Made by a program: the position numbers and the translations under genes
Assembly (NCBI GenBank): GCA_030141605.1
Contig: JAQGDQ010000841.1
Coordinates: 1 to 64,000 of the forward strand
DNA from: Tubiluchus corallicola
Taxonomy: Eukaryota; Animalia; Priapulida
Direction of reading: 5' to 3'
DNA: 64,000 nucleotides
Part shown: piece after piece, positions 50,150 through 62,559 of the stretch
Layout: each line of letters opens with the position of its first letter
How positions within the stretch are numbered: position 1 is the stretch's first letter
Notes under the pieces: generated by a model
What the model saw: only the letters and a program-made list of their open reading frames with translations
Told to the model about the DNA's origin: nothing
Database searches by the model: none

Positions 50150-52700
50150 AACTTATTTCTAGTTATTAATTTTTCTGATTCAGTAGTTAGAAGCTGCTAA
50201 GCTCGTGTGTGCTGCCACCTATAGGAGCATCATTTAAAATACGTTAGTCAAAGCTATTACTAGTTATTAATTTTTTCTAATTTAGATATTAGAGCAAAGC
50301 TTATGAATTACACTACTGTGTACTAGGTTACGCATACTCTGGTTTGAGCTATAAGCTTGTGTGTGCTGCCACCTACAGGAGTGTCATTTAAAATACGTTA
50401 GTCAAAGCTATTGCTAGTTATTAATTTTTTTAATTTAGATGTTAGAGCAAAGCTTATAGATTAGTACGACTATGTACTATAGATTACACATACTCTGGTT
50501 TGATCTGAAAGCTTGTGTGTGCTGCCACCTATAGGAGTATCATTTAAAATATGCTAGTCAAAGTTATTGCTAATTATTAATTTTTCTAATTTAGATATTA
50601 GAGCAAAGCTTATGAATTACACTACTGTGTACTAGGTTACACATACGCTGGTTTGAGCTAAAAGCTTGTGTGTGCTGCCACCTACAGGAGCGTCATTTAA
50701 AATACGTTAGTCAAAGCTATTGCTAGTTATTAATTTTTTTAATTTAGATGTTAGAGCAAAGCTTATAGATTAGTACGACTATGTACTATAGATTACACAT
50801 ACTCTGGTTTGATCTGTAAGCTTGTGTGTGGTGCCACCTATAGGAGCATCATTTAAAATATGCTAGTCAAAGCTATTGCTAGTTATTAATTTTTTTAATT
50901 TAGATGTTAGAGCAAAGCTTATAGATTAGTACGACTATGTACTATAGATTACACATACTCTGGTTTGATCTATAAGTTTGTGTGTGCTGCCACCTATAGG
51001 AGCATCATTTAAAATATGCTAGTCAAAGCTATTGCTAGTTATTAATTTTTCTAATTTAGATGTTAGAGCAAAGCTTATATATTAGTACGACTATGTACTA
51101 GATTACACATACTCTGGTTTGATCTAAAAGCTTGTGTGTGCTGCCACCTATAGGAGCATCATTTAAAATATGCTAGTCAAAGCTATTGCTAGTTATTAAT
51201 TTTTTAAATTTAGATGCTAGAGCAAAGCTTATGAATTAACACTACTGTGTACTAGATTACCCGTACTCTGGTTTGATCTATAAGCTTGTGTGTGCTGCCA
51301 CCTATAGAAGCGTGTTTTAAAATATGTTAGTCAAAGCTATTGCTAGTTATTAATTTTTCTAATTTAGATATTAGAGCAAAGCTTATGAATTACACTACTG
51401 TGTACTAGGTTACACATACCCCGGTTTGAGCTAAAAGCTTGTGTGTGCTGCCACCTATAGGAGCATCATTTAAAACATGTTAGTCAAAGCTATTGCTAGT
51501 TATTAATTTTTCTAATTTAGATGTTAGAGCAAAGCTTATAGATTAGTACGACTATGTACTATAGATTACACATACTCTGGTTTGATCTATAAGCTTGTGT
51601 GTGCTGCCACCTATAGGAGCATCATTTAAAATATGCTAGTCAAAGCTATTGCTAGTTATTAATTTTTCTAATTTAGATGTTAGAGCAAAGCTTATATATT
51701 AGTACGACTATGTACTAGATTACACATACTCTGGTTTGATCTAAAAGCTTGTGTGTGCTGCCACCTATAGGAGCATCATTTAAAATATGCTAGTCAAAGC
51801 TATTGCTAGTTATTAATTTTTCTAATTTAGATGTTAGAGCAAAGCTTATAGATTAGTACGACTATGTACTATAGATTACACATACTCTGGTTTGATCTAT
51901 AAGCTTGTGTGTGCTGCCACCTACAGGAGCATCATTTAAAATATGCTAGTCAAAGCTATTGCTAGTTATTAATTTTTCTAATTTAGATGTTAGAGCAAAG
52001 CTTATATATTAGTACGACTATGTACTAGATTACACATACTCTGGTTTGATCTAAAAGCTTGTGTGTGCTGCCACCTATAGGAGCATCATCTAAAATATGC
52101 TAGTCAAAGCTATTGCTAGTTATTAATTTTTCTAATTTAGATGTTAGAGCAAAGCTTATGAATTACACTACTGTGTACTAGGTTACACATACTCTGGTTT
52201 GATCTAAAAGCTTGTGTGTGCTGCCACCTACAGGAGCATCATTTAAAATATGCTAGTCAAAGCTATTGCTAGTTATTAATTTTTCTAATTTAGATATTAG
52301 AGCAAAGCTTATGAATTACCACTACTGTGTACTAGTTTACCCGTACTCTGGTTTGATCTAAAAGCTTGTGTGTGCTGCCACCTATAGGAGCGTTTTTTTA
52401 AAATATGTTAGTCAACGCTATTGATAGTTATTTATATTTCTAATTTCGATGTTAAAGCAAAGCTTATGGATTAGTACGACTATGTACTAGATTACACATA
52501 CTCTGGTTTAATCTAAAGCTTGTGTGTGCTGCCACCTATAGGAGCATCATTTAAAATATGGTAGTCAAAGCTATTACTAGTTATTAATTTTTTTATTTTA
52601 GATGCTAGAGCAAAGCTTATAGATTACTACTACTAAGTACTAGATTACACATACTCAGGCTAGAGGCTGCAAAGCTTGTGTGTGCTGCCATCCATAGGAG
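50150..52700. repeat. ~154-bp satellite, ~17 copies, each with a CTCF-like motif
   Basis: tgtgtgtgctgccacctataggag recurs every 153-157 bp. Confidence 0.95.
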
Positions 52701-53133
52701 CGTAATGAAATTACTTTTTAATATGCTATTTACTGAGCAGACATTCATGACGCGTCAAATGAATTTTCTTGCTCACAGGTTTTTGAAATGTTTAGCCAAA
52801 ATCCCTGGAAGGAAATGGGATAGAGGATGGAAATGGAAATGGGATAGAGGACTTGACATAAACCCAGAAAACATTTTTATTTTTGAGATAGTTTTGAAGA
52901 CATATTTTAAAAGTAACCATGTTTTCAGCCAAACATTCAAGGTTCGATTCCTGCCTGCATTTATAATTCTGAAGAAACACATTTTTGTGTCACCGATTCA
53001 TGGAAAATAAAATAAAACAACAAAAAGAAATAGTTTCTAAAAAAAATGTTGGGTTTCCGAACAAACGTTGGGCATTTGCAACTGTGGTATCTTAATTGTA
53101 TCCTGCCTAGTGCTGCCATCTTTCAACAGTTAA

Positions 53134-53638
53134 AGCAAAACTGGACCCAATGTTAAATTGTAGGTCAAAATAATTTACTCTTTAAAATATTGAAAGGAAA
53201 CATGCTATTTTTTCAAAAATGACTTATGTGAAAGAATCATTACCACACAAACACAATTTCACGTTCGCGCCACTAGTTCTACACTGTTACATGCATTTTG
53301 CTATTCGTTATTTAGACGGGCACCAGCGCCTGCATTTCGGAAACACATTGCAAAAAACAGTTGCTGTACTTGTCAGTTTAGATGTGTTAGTCTGTGAGGA
53401 ACTGCACACGTTCGACACCTCATGCGTAAATCTGCAAATTTTGAATATTTATCTTAAAACTTGCCTAGTTTTAGTACAACACAATGAATATTTTCCATAG
53501 CACTGTACTTCAATTTTCTCTTTCGCAAACACATGCAACACACTCATGGAATATTTTTGCTGTTGAAAATTATGTTAGTTTGTGATGTCATCACCAGTTG
53601 GGCTCGCCTGCTGTTAATTAAGTTTTTAATCTATTATT
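53134..53638 (+). mobile_element. Kolobok-like MITE, family D, truncated at a microsatellite
   Basis: TTAA-AGCAAAACTGGACCCAATG; collinear with 33135. Confidence 0.75.
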
Positions 53639-53701
53639 GATGGTGGTGGTGGCGGTGGCGGCTGTGGTGGTGGGTGGTAGTAGTAGTAGTAGTTTATTGT
53701 C

Positions 53702-53733
<32 letters not shown>

Positions 53734-53776
53734 CGTGTGCGTGTGTGTGTGTGTGTGCGTGTGTGTGTGTGTGTGT

Positions 53777-53823
<47 letters not shown>

Positions 53824-53939
53824 CATATAAATATTCATATCGCAAAACGACTTAACGATACAATAATATGAGCAGTAAACATATCCACTTACGCTAACAA
53901 CAAAGTTGTAGCTAAAAAAGATATTATGCTTATTTACAA

Positions 53940-54175
53940 TTGTTAGATATTTAAAAACTATATCAGTATCATTTAAAAGTGTATACAAGTTCAAATAAAA
54001 ACTACATTCGTTACGAAAATAGTTAGTTCTAGTACAATCAAAAATAAAGTGTTTTTCATCTTCCAAAACGTGCCAATGATTACATAAACACTGGTCCCTA
54101 GGGATGCTTCTCTTACTTCCTAATTCAAACTTCAAATTGTGTGAACCTGCCCTTAATGTCACACATTAAGTACTG
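53940..54175 (-). mobile_element. LINE ORF2 C-terminal fragment with Cys/His motif
   Basis: LRAGSHNLKFELG...IPRDQCLC...LEDEKHFIFDC. Confidence 0.65.
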
Positions 54176-54329
54176 TGGCTTCTCTAAGTTTTTTTTAATC
54201 ATTAAGTAAGAGATATTGTTCTGTTGTTGTTTCTTATTTCACCATGTACGTCAATTACGTAATGTCACTAATATAGTTTATTACGTCACTAGAGCAGCGT
54301 GCAATCAAATCCGACCCAATCGGTCATGC

Positions 54330-54605
54330 AAACTAACCTGTTCATGTACAAATATGTTAATAATCTTTCGCTTAATATGTATCACCATTTTTTCAGTTAT
54401 AATAGCAGTATGTAGTCATATCAAAACTATCATAACAATACCACAAATTCCATATTCCTAAGTGCAGAATAAACGTTGTGAAACAGTCAGTCATGTATAA
54501 TGGTGCCGTAACGTGGAATAATTTACCCAGTAAAATAAAACAAGCCGATAATATAAATAAATTTAAGAAACTTTTAAACAAATATTTACTAGAAAATATG
54601 TTATA
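54330..54605 (+). mobile_element. CR1/L2-group LINE ORF2 3' fragment
   Basis: PKCRINVVKQSVMYNGAVTWNNLPSKIKQADNINKFKKLLNKYLL (WNxLP...FKxxL motif). Confidence 0.65.
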
Positions 54606-54707
54606 CTACTAACCGGATTTCCGGACTCGTGTTTGCATATAAACTTTATTCATCGCATAATTATGTATTAGAATTTTGCTTACAGAAATAAATTTCCATC
54701 GCGTAAT

Positions 54708-55112
54708 CAGGGCGCATCAAGACTTTACGGGGCACTAGACTGATAGTTCTGACCCGCCCATCTCTATTGTGAATTTTTGGTTGTTTATATAATGAGCAGA
54801 TTAAACAATTACTTATGGCGTATTAGAAACACTATTAATCTAGTTTCTACGTGGTCATTATTAATTACGTGTACTTGCATGGTGTATAAACTGCTTGTTG
54901 TGTAATACCTTCAACCTATATGTGGTATTTATATAGAAGCTGTCCTTAGTAACTGCTTGTGGTGCGTTATAAAATGTGCCCTTTACATGAATATGAATCT
55001 ACATATACATATTTTCTGAGGAGAAGAAGGATTCTTTTCTAAAATGTGACGCCCCTCAAACTTTGGCGCTCTAGACTATAACCTAGTTAACCTATTGGCT
55101 AATACGCCCCTG
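54708..55112. mobile_element. MITE with CAGGGC-type TIR
   Basis: cagggcgcatca...taatacgcccctg, degenerate inverted termini. Confidence 0.45.
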
Positions 55113-55357
55113 CTGGCATGATCAAGCAAAAGAATTCTGCTTACATAGGCAAAATTTCCACATTTTAATAGAATGGAGTTTACTTTAACACAACAGGTAA
55201 TGTCTAAAATTTAAACACAAGCAAGTATTACGTCTGCCGTGGTGGTACACAGTAGGAGTACATGATCCTTTTAGCTGACGGACACGTTGAAAAGCTACAG
55301 TTAACTCACAGACAGTAACTCTGGCAGTAATTGTTATAGGCGTAACTATAGGATTCC

Positions 55358-55386
55358 ATGTCTTGTACAGCTTGTCCAGCAAGCGG
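55358..55386 (+). CDS. LRAT/NC-domain protein, exon 1 (MSCTACPASG)
   Basis: ATG followed by a phase-2 GTAAGT donor at 55387. Phase is compatible with the acceptor at 57179, giving ...ASG-NEFRGGDHI. Confidence 0.6.
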
Positions 55387-55446
55387 GTAAGTGAGCGAAA
55401 AAATGACCTTTAAATTCGTTTAAACAAACTGTAACAATTTTATTAA

Positions 55447-55950
55447 AGGGAAAGAAAAGTAAAATCTGCCCATAAAAACTTTCCACACAAAGTTATGACA
55501 ATTTAATTTAAATACTAATTATTAAAGTTTTCATTTAAATAACTAATAAAACTAACAGGAAGATTTAATAATATCTGTTTTAGTAGTAATTGTTTTGTTT
55601 GTATATAGTGTCATTATACTTCAAAATTGAAATTGTATGTATGTGTTCTTGTTTTTTTTGTATATTTCAAAATTGAAATTGTATGTATGTGTTCCTGTTT
55701 TTCTCGCATTGTATGTATTTTTGACACTAATAAATAACTATCTACCTATATCATTTAGCTTTACGCTTACCTGCATGACAGATTAACGTACCTAGAAGAA
55801 AGGTAATTCTGTGCAATTTAAAATATTCGCGTTGTGGTAAAACGTCACTGTATCACCCATCCCAGTGTGCACCACTGATTCACCAAGAAACACATTAATA
55901 ATTTTACTGGCAACAAAATGTAATTTAAACTTTTGCTTAGTTAGTGACTT
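55447..55950 (+). mobile_element. Kolobok-like MITE fragment related to 41164-42351, in the LRAT intron
   Basis: TTAA-AGGGAAAG...aaaactttccacacaaagttatg; single cacccatcccagtgtgcaccactgattcacc unit at ~55853-55883. Confidence 0.6.
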
Positions 55951-56051
55951 AAAGGAACCGACGGAAAGGTACAACTAGAAACATTACATTGGTAATTAAT
56001 GTTCTTTTTCTCACTCCCTGATGACAACCAAATGAGAACGTCTACGCTTAA

Positions 56052-56507
56052 CCCTTTCATACCCGTTGTATCCCGTGGGATACGTGAACATTTTCTGCCT
56101 TTAAAATTAATAAAATTTTAAAAATGACAGTTATTTGATCAGTTAATAGTTATTTTGATTTAAGCCAATAACAATAGACTAAAAATGGTGATAAAATGGC
56201 AAACTAGAAAATCTACATAGCATAAAAAACTGCGCAAGGTACAGTACTTTACAGACGACTTTGTACAGATCAGCATAGCATGCATACTAAATGTCTTAAA
56301 TACTTTTAAAAATTATCAGCAGTTGCAAAATGAAGCACATTTTATGCTTCCTTTGAATCCCAATGTATCCCTTGGGATACAGGCTATATTTAGCACGCGG
56401 GCACAGGTAGAAAATAATTATTATGTGTAAATAAGATGAACACACTGAACAAAAGTACCAAGCCAAAAAAATTTTTCTTATTAAAAAATAATTAGGGACT
56501 GAAAGGG
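56052..56507. mobile_element. piggyBac-like MITE in the LRAT intron
   Basis: TTAA-CCCTTTCA...TGAAAGGG-TTAA; paired internal quasi-palindromes tgtatcccgtgggatac and tgtatcccttgggatac. Confidence 0.8.
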
Positions 56508-56837
56508 TTAATGAATCTGTTGAAAAAACATGAAGTTAAGAAAAGCTTGTGAAATTAGCACAACACATTGCAATACATCCATAATAAAATTAAGCACATG
56601 AAAATTACACACAAATTATACTTTAAAATTAACAATACATGTGAAATAAGCTATACTAATGATCAAATGTTAGATTAAAACACGCTACTCATACACGTAT
56701 ATGTTTGAAACACAATAGCATACTTTAAAAGGTATAAATAGGTTGTTAAAAAGAAATTAAGGCAAAAATCCTTTCAGTACGGCCATTTTTAATTGCCTTT
56801 GCGTCGCTTTGAATCTACACGATTATGTAGTAATGAA

Positions 56838-57025
56838 CGGAAGTGGTGCTGACAAGCCACTGGCGTAGCAGTTTCTAGTTTTTTTGCTGGATTACTGCTG
56901 CATTTACTGAAGGCAGATTTCTTTTATTTTAGAATTCAGCCTGCCCAATGTCTACAATAGACGTGACGGGCGTATGATATGATGATGATGATGATGGTGA
57001 TGATGATTATGATGATGATGATGAT
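56838..57025 (+). mobile_element. Short interspersed repeat F with (GAT)n tail
   Basis: cggaagtggtgctgacaagccactggcg...gacgtgacgggcgtat(gat)n. Confidence 0.7.
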
Positions 57026-57179
57026 GTAGTAACCGCCACTAAGCTGCAACGTTGCTTTGCCGTATTCACTTCTAAGTTTAGTTAGCCAGACGCTTGACAG
57101 CCATATGTGCAGGTGAAACATTACTTTTTTTCCGTATATTTTTATGGCGGGACATTAAAAAGTAACTTATTCGTTACAG

Positions 57180-57705
57180 AAACGAGTTCAGAGGTGGGGA
57201 TCACATATACGTACGTAGAGGCGTGTCGATCGTCCATCATGGTATCTACATCGGTGGAGACGAAGTTATTTATCTAAGTCCTGGCGACCACGAGAACGAA
57301 GATGGCGTTTATCGTAGTTCGCTGCATGAATTTCTTCAAGGCGGAACACCGAAGAAATACGAGTACAATTGTTCCAGAAACGAAGTTGTCATCAAACCCT
57401 CGGGTACTTGCTGCATCCACGCGAGAGATCTTCCTCCGGCTGTGGTCAGGAGAGCGCTGGATTTTTACAAGAATGGAAATTACATGGAAAAATGTGGCGG
57501 GTGGAGCGACACTGAGAACAATTCGGAGACGTTTGCTTTGGTCTGCACTTTGGGGGATAATATTGTAAAGAAGTACCCCGGGATGACAAAGAGAAGGCAG
57601 TTACCCCGACAGGTTGGAGGGCGCGTGGCTTCTGAAGTAGCCAATCAGACATTGTTTCTCACAGTAAGACGTGCTGTCAATACTGTACTCAATAAGATTT
57701 TTTAA
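57180..57705 (+). CDS. LRAT/NC-domain (permuted NlpC/P60) protein, exon 2; catalytic Cys replaced by Ser
   Basis: GDHIYV...HHGIYIG...GTC...VVRRA...NNSETFALVCTLG (family consensus NNCExFAxxCxxG). Acceptor ttattcgttacAG at 57179; AATAAA overlaps the stop codon. Confidence 0.85.
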
Positions 57706-57742
57706 ATAAACAGATCAGTATATTTGTGTTTATAGTACTGGC

Positions 57743-59922
57743 TAGAGTTGCCACTCGTGACTTGGTCGGCAGCCTAGAGTTGCCACCACTCGTGACTTGC
57801 CAAGGGTTGCCACGTTTTGTGACTTGGTCTAGGGTTGCCACCACTCGTGACTTACCAAGGGTTGCCACGTTTTGTGACTTGGTCTAGGGTTGCCACCACG
57901 TTTTGTGACTTTTGCCTAGGGTTGCCACGTTTTGTGACTTGGTCTAGGGTTGACACCACTCGTTACTTGCCAAGGGTTGCCACCACTCGTGCTTTGGCTC
58001 GAGTCTCCTGAAATTCAGGCATACATTCGTAGTTCGCTCGGATTTTTGAAAAATTCTTAAATTTCCTGATTTCGACCATTAAAATTTAAATAGAAAGCAT
58101 CTTGCTTGCTATTGAATGATTGCTAAGACGGCGGAATCTTTGTTAAAGGACAAGAAAAGGGGCACCTAAAGTAGATTTCAGAAAAATTGCCTTAAAAAAT
58201 TATACTACTTTATAGCAACTTTATGCACATATCGCATTCGCACTGAAAGGAATTTTCGTTTGTTTTCATTTTAAATCTCCCGCGATACTGTTCCGACGGC
58301 GCCATTACATGACGTCATTACGCCACGTAAATCAGGGGAAGAAAGGGCAATGTTAAATTTTGTACCAAAATACTTTAGGTGCAAATCTATATTACTTAGC
58401 ATTTCACTTACCTGCTTGAAAAACTTATGTCACAAGACTAATAATTTAAAATGTTTGTGCCAAATGGTAAAATGTCGCTCACTCACCCTCCAAGGTGCGC
58501 CACTCACTAACCAAAAACGTATTTTTAACCTTATTGATAAGATACTGTAATTTAAAATTTTACTTAATTACCAACATGCATGCTACGAATGCTCTGATTA
58601 TTTTTTCAAACTTTACAAAATGTTATCTAAACTTGTTTCAAACGACCTACGATTAAAATGGCTGCGCCTAACGGTCATCGCGGGAGTTTAAATTTACACG
58701 TTTTATACAGCGTTACGGCCGATGCAAGCCATGCATACGAAAAGGTAGTATGTAAGTGGTATAAAATTTGGAGACGAATTTTTAAGCTTAATGTAAGTGG
58801 AGGATTTTCTTGTGCTTTAAGTAAAATAGTAAATTTACATGATTACATATTTCACTTACACGAACACAAATCCCGTCTTCATCATTTAAAGCTGTCAACA
58901 TTGTTGGCCAATTGTTGCTGCAGCAGCAAGTGTAGCAACACAACTATTCTTCCTGTTCGAATTGTCTTTAATTCACTTAAACCATCTGTTTCCAGAAATC
59001 TCAAAAACGTAAGAAATGTAATGGAGCTCGTAAGGAACTCCAGAAATTGATCCATTTTTTAGAGTCTAAAATGAAGAAATTTGTACTGCTTTGCTGTTTA
59101 ATCTCCTTTTACTTTAGCTTTTGGAAAAGCTCGTAAGACGTCTAAAAGACAAGAAACGCCTCAGCCCCCGACCCCTTAGCTGGTTCTTAACACCTGATTT
59201 TGGTTCGTGACGAGATGGCAACCCTAGTGTTGGCTCTTAACACCTGATTTTGGTTCGTGACGAGGTGGCAACCCTAGTGCTGGCTCTTAACACCTGATTT
59301 TGGTTCGTGACGAGGTGGCAACCCTAGTGTGGCTCTTAACACCTGATTTTGGTTCGTGACGAGGTGGCAACCCTAGTGCTGGCTCTTAACACCTGATTTT
59401 GGTTCGTACGAGTGGCAACCCTAGTGTGGCTCTTAACACCTGATTTTGGTTCGTGACGAGATGGCAACCCTAGTGCTGGCTCTTAACACCTGATTTTGGT
59501 TCGTGACGAGGTGGCAACCCTAGTGCTGGCTCTTAACACCTGATTTTGGTTCGTGACGAGGTGGCAACCCTAGTGCTGGCTCTTAACACCTGATTTTGGT
59601 TCGTGACGAGGTGGCAACCCTAGTGCTGGCTCTTAACACCTGATTTTGGTTCGTGACGAGCTGGCAACCCTAGTGTTGGCTCTTAACACCTGATTTTGGT
59701 TCGTGACGAGGTGGCAACCCTAGTGCTGGCTCTTAACACCTGATTTTGGTTCGTGACGAGGTGGCAACCCTAGTGCTGGCTCTTAACACCTGATTTTGGT
59801 TCGTGACGAGGTGGCAACCCTAGTGCTGGCTCTTAACACCTGATTTTGGTTCGTGACGAGGTGGCAACCCTAGTGCTGGCTCTTAACACCTGATTTTGGT
59901 TCGTAACGAGGTGACAACCCTA
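57743..59922. mobile_element. hAT-like non-autonomous element with tandemly amplified termini
   Basis: TIR TAG(A/G)GTTGCCAC / GTGGCAACCCTA; 8-bp TSD GTACTGGC (57735-57742) vs GTGCTGGC (59923-59930). Confidence 0.8.
58147..58816 (+). mobile_element. Kolobok-like MITE, family B, full length, nested in the hAT-like element
   Basis: TTAA on both sides; TIR AGGACAAGAAAA / TTTTCTTGTGCT. Confidence 0.85.
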
Positions 59923-59930
59923 GTGCTGGC
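59178..59930. repeat. 50-bp tandem array, ~15 copies, made of transposon terminus plus TSD
   Basis: Unit tcttaacacctgattttggttcgtgacgaggtggcaaccctagtgctggc. Confidence 0.95.
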
Positions 59931-60044
59931 TTTCTTTTAAACATTGTGTTTTGACTGTAAACTTTTAAATTATAATATTATAATCAGATCAGCCGCGCTT
60001 TTAATATCCAAAAAAATAGATTGCTAGCCTGAATATCCAACGTA

Positions 60045-60457
60045 CAGTACAATCCACTTATAACGAGGGATGTTATAACGACCCTCTGGTTACTACGAGT
60101 AAATTTCCTAAAATCCCGTCAAATCTTGGGCTTTTACATTATATCTAAACCTTGCTTACACCGAGCTCCGATATTACGAGTTTTTGTTTATTACGAGGGA
60201 ATTTTCCCGCCCCTTTGATAAGATATAAGATCCCTGCATATAACAACCATGAATTCTAAAACAATGGGCAATTACCATTAATTTTACTCGTTTGTGATAT
60301 CAACCTTATAGGCTTCGTTTCTGTAATGTGCACACATTCAAACAAATGACATCTGTTATAACAAGCAAATTTTCACAGTCCGAAAAAATGAGGACAAACT
60401 GAGCTCATAATTACAAACATTGGGCCACACTCAGTTTATAACAGAGAGGTCGTACTG
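60045..60457. mobile_element. Tc1/pogo-like MITE, degenerate
   Basis: TA-CAGTACAATCCACTTATAACGAG with repeated ttataacg/ttacgag motifs; weak right TIR ttataacagagaggtcgtactg. Confidence 0.45.
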
Positions 60458-60509
60458 AGCTCATAATTATGAAGTCCCTATGAGCTCATGAAAATGACGT
60501 CATGGCCTG

Positions 60510-61528
60510 AGTCTCTGTGAGCTCATGACTTGAGCTCAGCATGATGTCATGCTATGAGGTCTCTGTGAGCTCATGACTTGAGCTCAGTATGATGTCATGC
60601 TATGAGGTCTCTGTGAGCTCATGACTTGAGCTCAGTATGATGTCATGCTATGAGGTCTCTGTGAGCTCATGACTTGAGCTCAGTATGATGTCATGCTATG
60701 AGGTCTCTGTGAGCTCATGACTTGAGCTCAGCATGATGTCATGCCATGAGGTCTCTGTGAGCTCATGACTTGAGCTCAGCATGTGTCATGCCATGAGGTC
60801 TCTGTGAGCTCATGACTTGAAGCTCAGCATGATGTCATGCCATGAGGTCTCTGTGAGCTCATGACTTGAGCTCAGTATGATGTCATGCTATGAGGTCTCT
60901 GTGAGCTCATGACTTGAGCTCAGTATGATGTCATGCTATGAGGTCTCTGTGAGCTCATGACTTGAGCTCAGTATAATGTCATGCCACGAGGTCTCTGTGA
61001 GCTCATGACTTGAGCTCAGTATGATGTCATGCTATGAGGTCTCTGTGAGCTCATGACTTGAGCTCAGTATGATGTCATGTTATGAGGTCTCTGTGAGCTC
61101 ATGACTTGAGCTCAGCGTGATGTCATGCCATGAGGTCTCTGTGAGCTCATGACTTGAGCTCAGCATGATGTCATGCTATGAGGTCTCTGTGAGCTCATGA
61201 CTTGAGCTCAGTATGATGTCATGCTATGAGGTCTCTGTGAGCTCATGACTTGAGCTCAGTATGATGTCATGCTATGAGGTCTCTGTGAGCTCATGACTTG
61301 AGCTCAGTATGATGTCATGCCACGAGGTCTCTGTGAGCTCATGACTTGAGCTCAGCATGTGTCATGCCATGAGGTCTCTGTGAGCTCATGACTTGAGCTC
61401 AGCATGATGTCATGCCATGAGGTCTCTGTGAGCTCATGACTTGAAGCTCAGCATGATGTCATGCCATGAGGACTCTGTGAGCTCATGACTTGAGCTCAGC
61501 ATGATGTCATGCCATGAGGTCTCTGTGA
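60510..61528. repeat. 48-bp palindrome-rich tandem array, ~21 copies
   Basis: Unit gtctctgtgagctcatgacttgagctcagtatgatgtcatgctatgag. Confidence 0.96.
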
Positions 61529-62559
61529 CCATCTAGGTCTTAGAATATTGCATTAAAACGTGGCGCCTTTTGAGTATGATACAGCAGGTCATAGGATATT
61601 GCACTAAAACTTAGCGCCAATTGTTTGCGTTACTTTATTCGCGAATCTAGCAATCACACTCGGCATTAATTTCAGATAACTGTGCGAGTCAGATAAATTT
61701 TCTTTTAGCACTAGTGACGATATGTATTTCAAAACAATCTTTTTGCCCCAATGAAAAGAAAAATACTTATTTAATTAATAACTTTCTCGTTCCTTGTTTG
61801 ATGACTATATATATATATATATATTAATTCTTTATTTGTCATAAAAATGGTTCACTCATTATAATAAAATTGAGTAAGCCTCAGCGTAATGTTAAAATAA
61901 CCACACTGTTCAAGACAAATGCGTCCAGTGCATACTAGAAAAACTAAAGTGCAAAACTAAGGCCTAATTATATACAATAAATGGACATATTTACAAACAC
62001 CATATTAAAATATTTTTACAAAACAATTTTACGAAAGTACATTAAATTTTACACGACATATTTTACACTATATATACATTTGACATGACACAATTAACAG
62101 AAACATGCTTTACACTACATAAATTTCACTCATTACATTTACACTATTTATACATTTGACATGACACAATTAACAGAAACTAGCCACATACATAGTCAGG
62201 GCTACTTATAGTCACAGTGCTAGCCACCAGTAGGGCAGGATTACCCTATAGGCTAGTAAAGGCTGTAGCCTACGGCCCCTTGCAACGTGTTAAGTGGATA
62301 CTAACTTACTGAGTAACTAGTTATGCATGTTTTTAGCTTGCACAATGGAGAATACATTTTGTACACATCAGTTTACATGGTAATTATGAAATGCTACTAA
62401 CGCTCACTGTAACTCACACTATTAGTAATTATGATGTTAATTTTTTCATGAATTATATCCTTATTTTGTTGTATTAACAAAAACTAATTATCAATGTATT
62501 TGTAATGCATAAGTAGACCTATTTGAATGTCACGAAATAAATCTATAGAATTGAATTGA

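Noticed and set aside
58658-59050. 130-aa ORF as a possible transposase remnant
   Set aside because: It runs across the MITE/host-element junction and has no DDE or zinc-finger motifs.
59178-61528. CRISPR-like appearance of the regular short repeats
   Set aside because: Units are head-to-tail with no unique spacers, there are no cas genes, and the context is eukaryotic.
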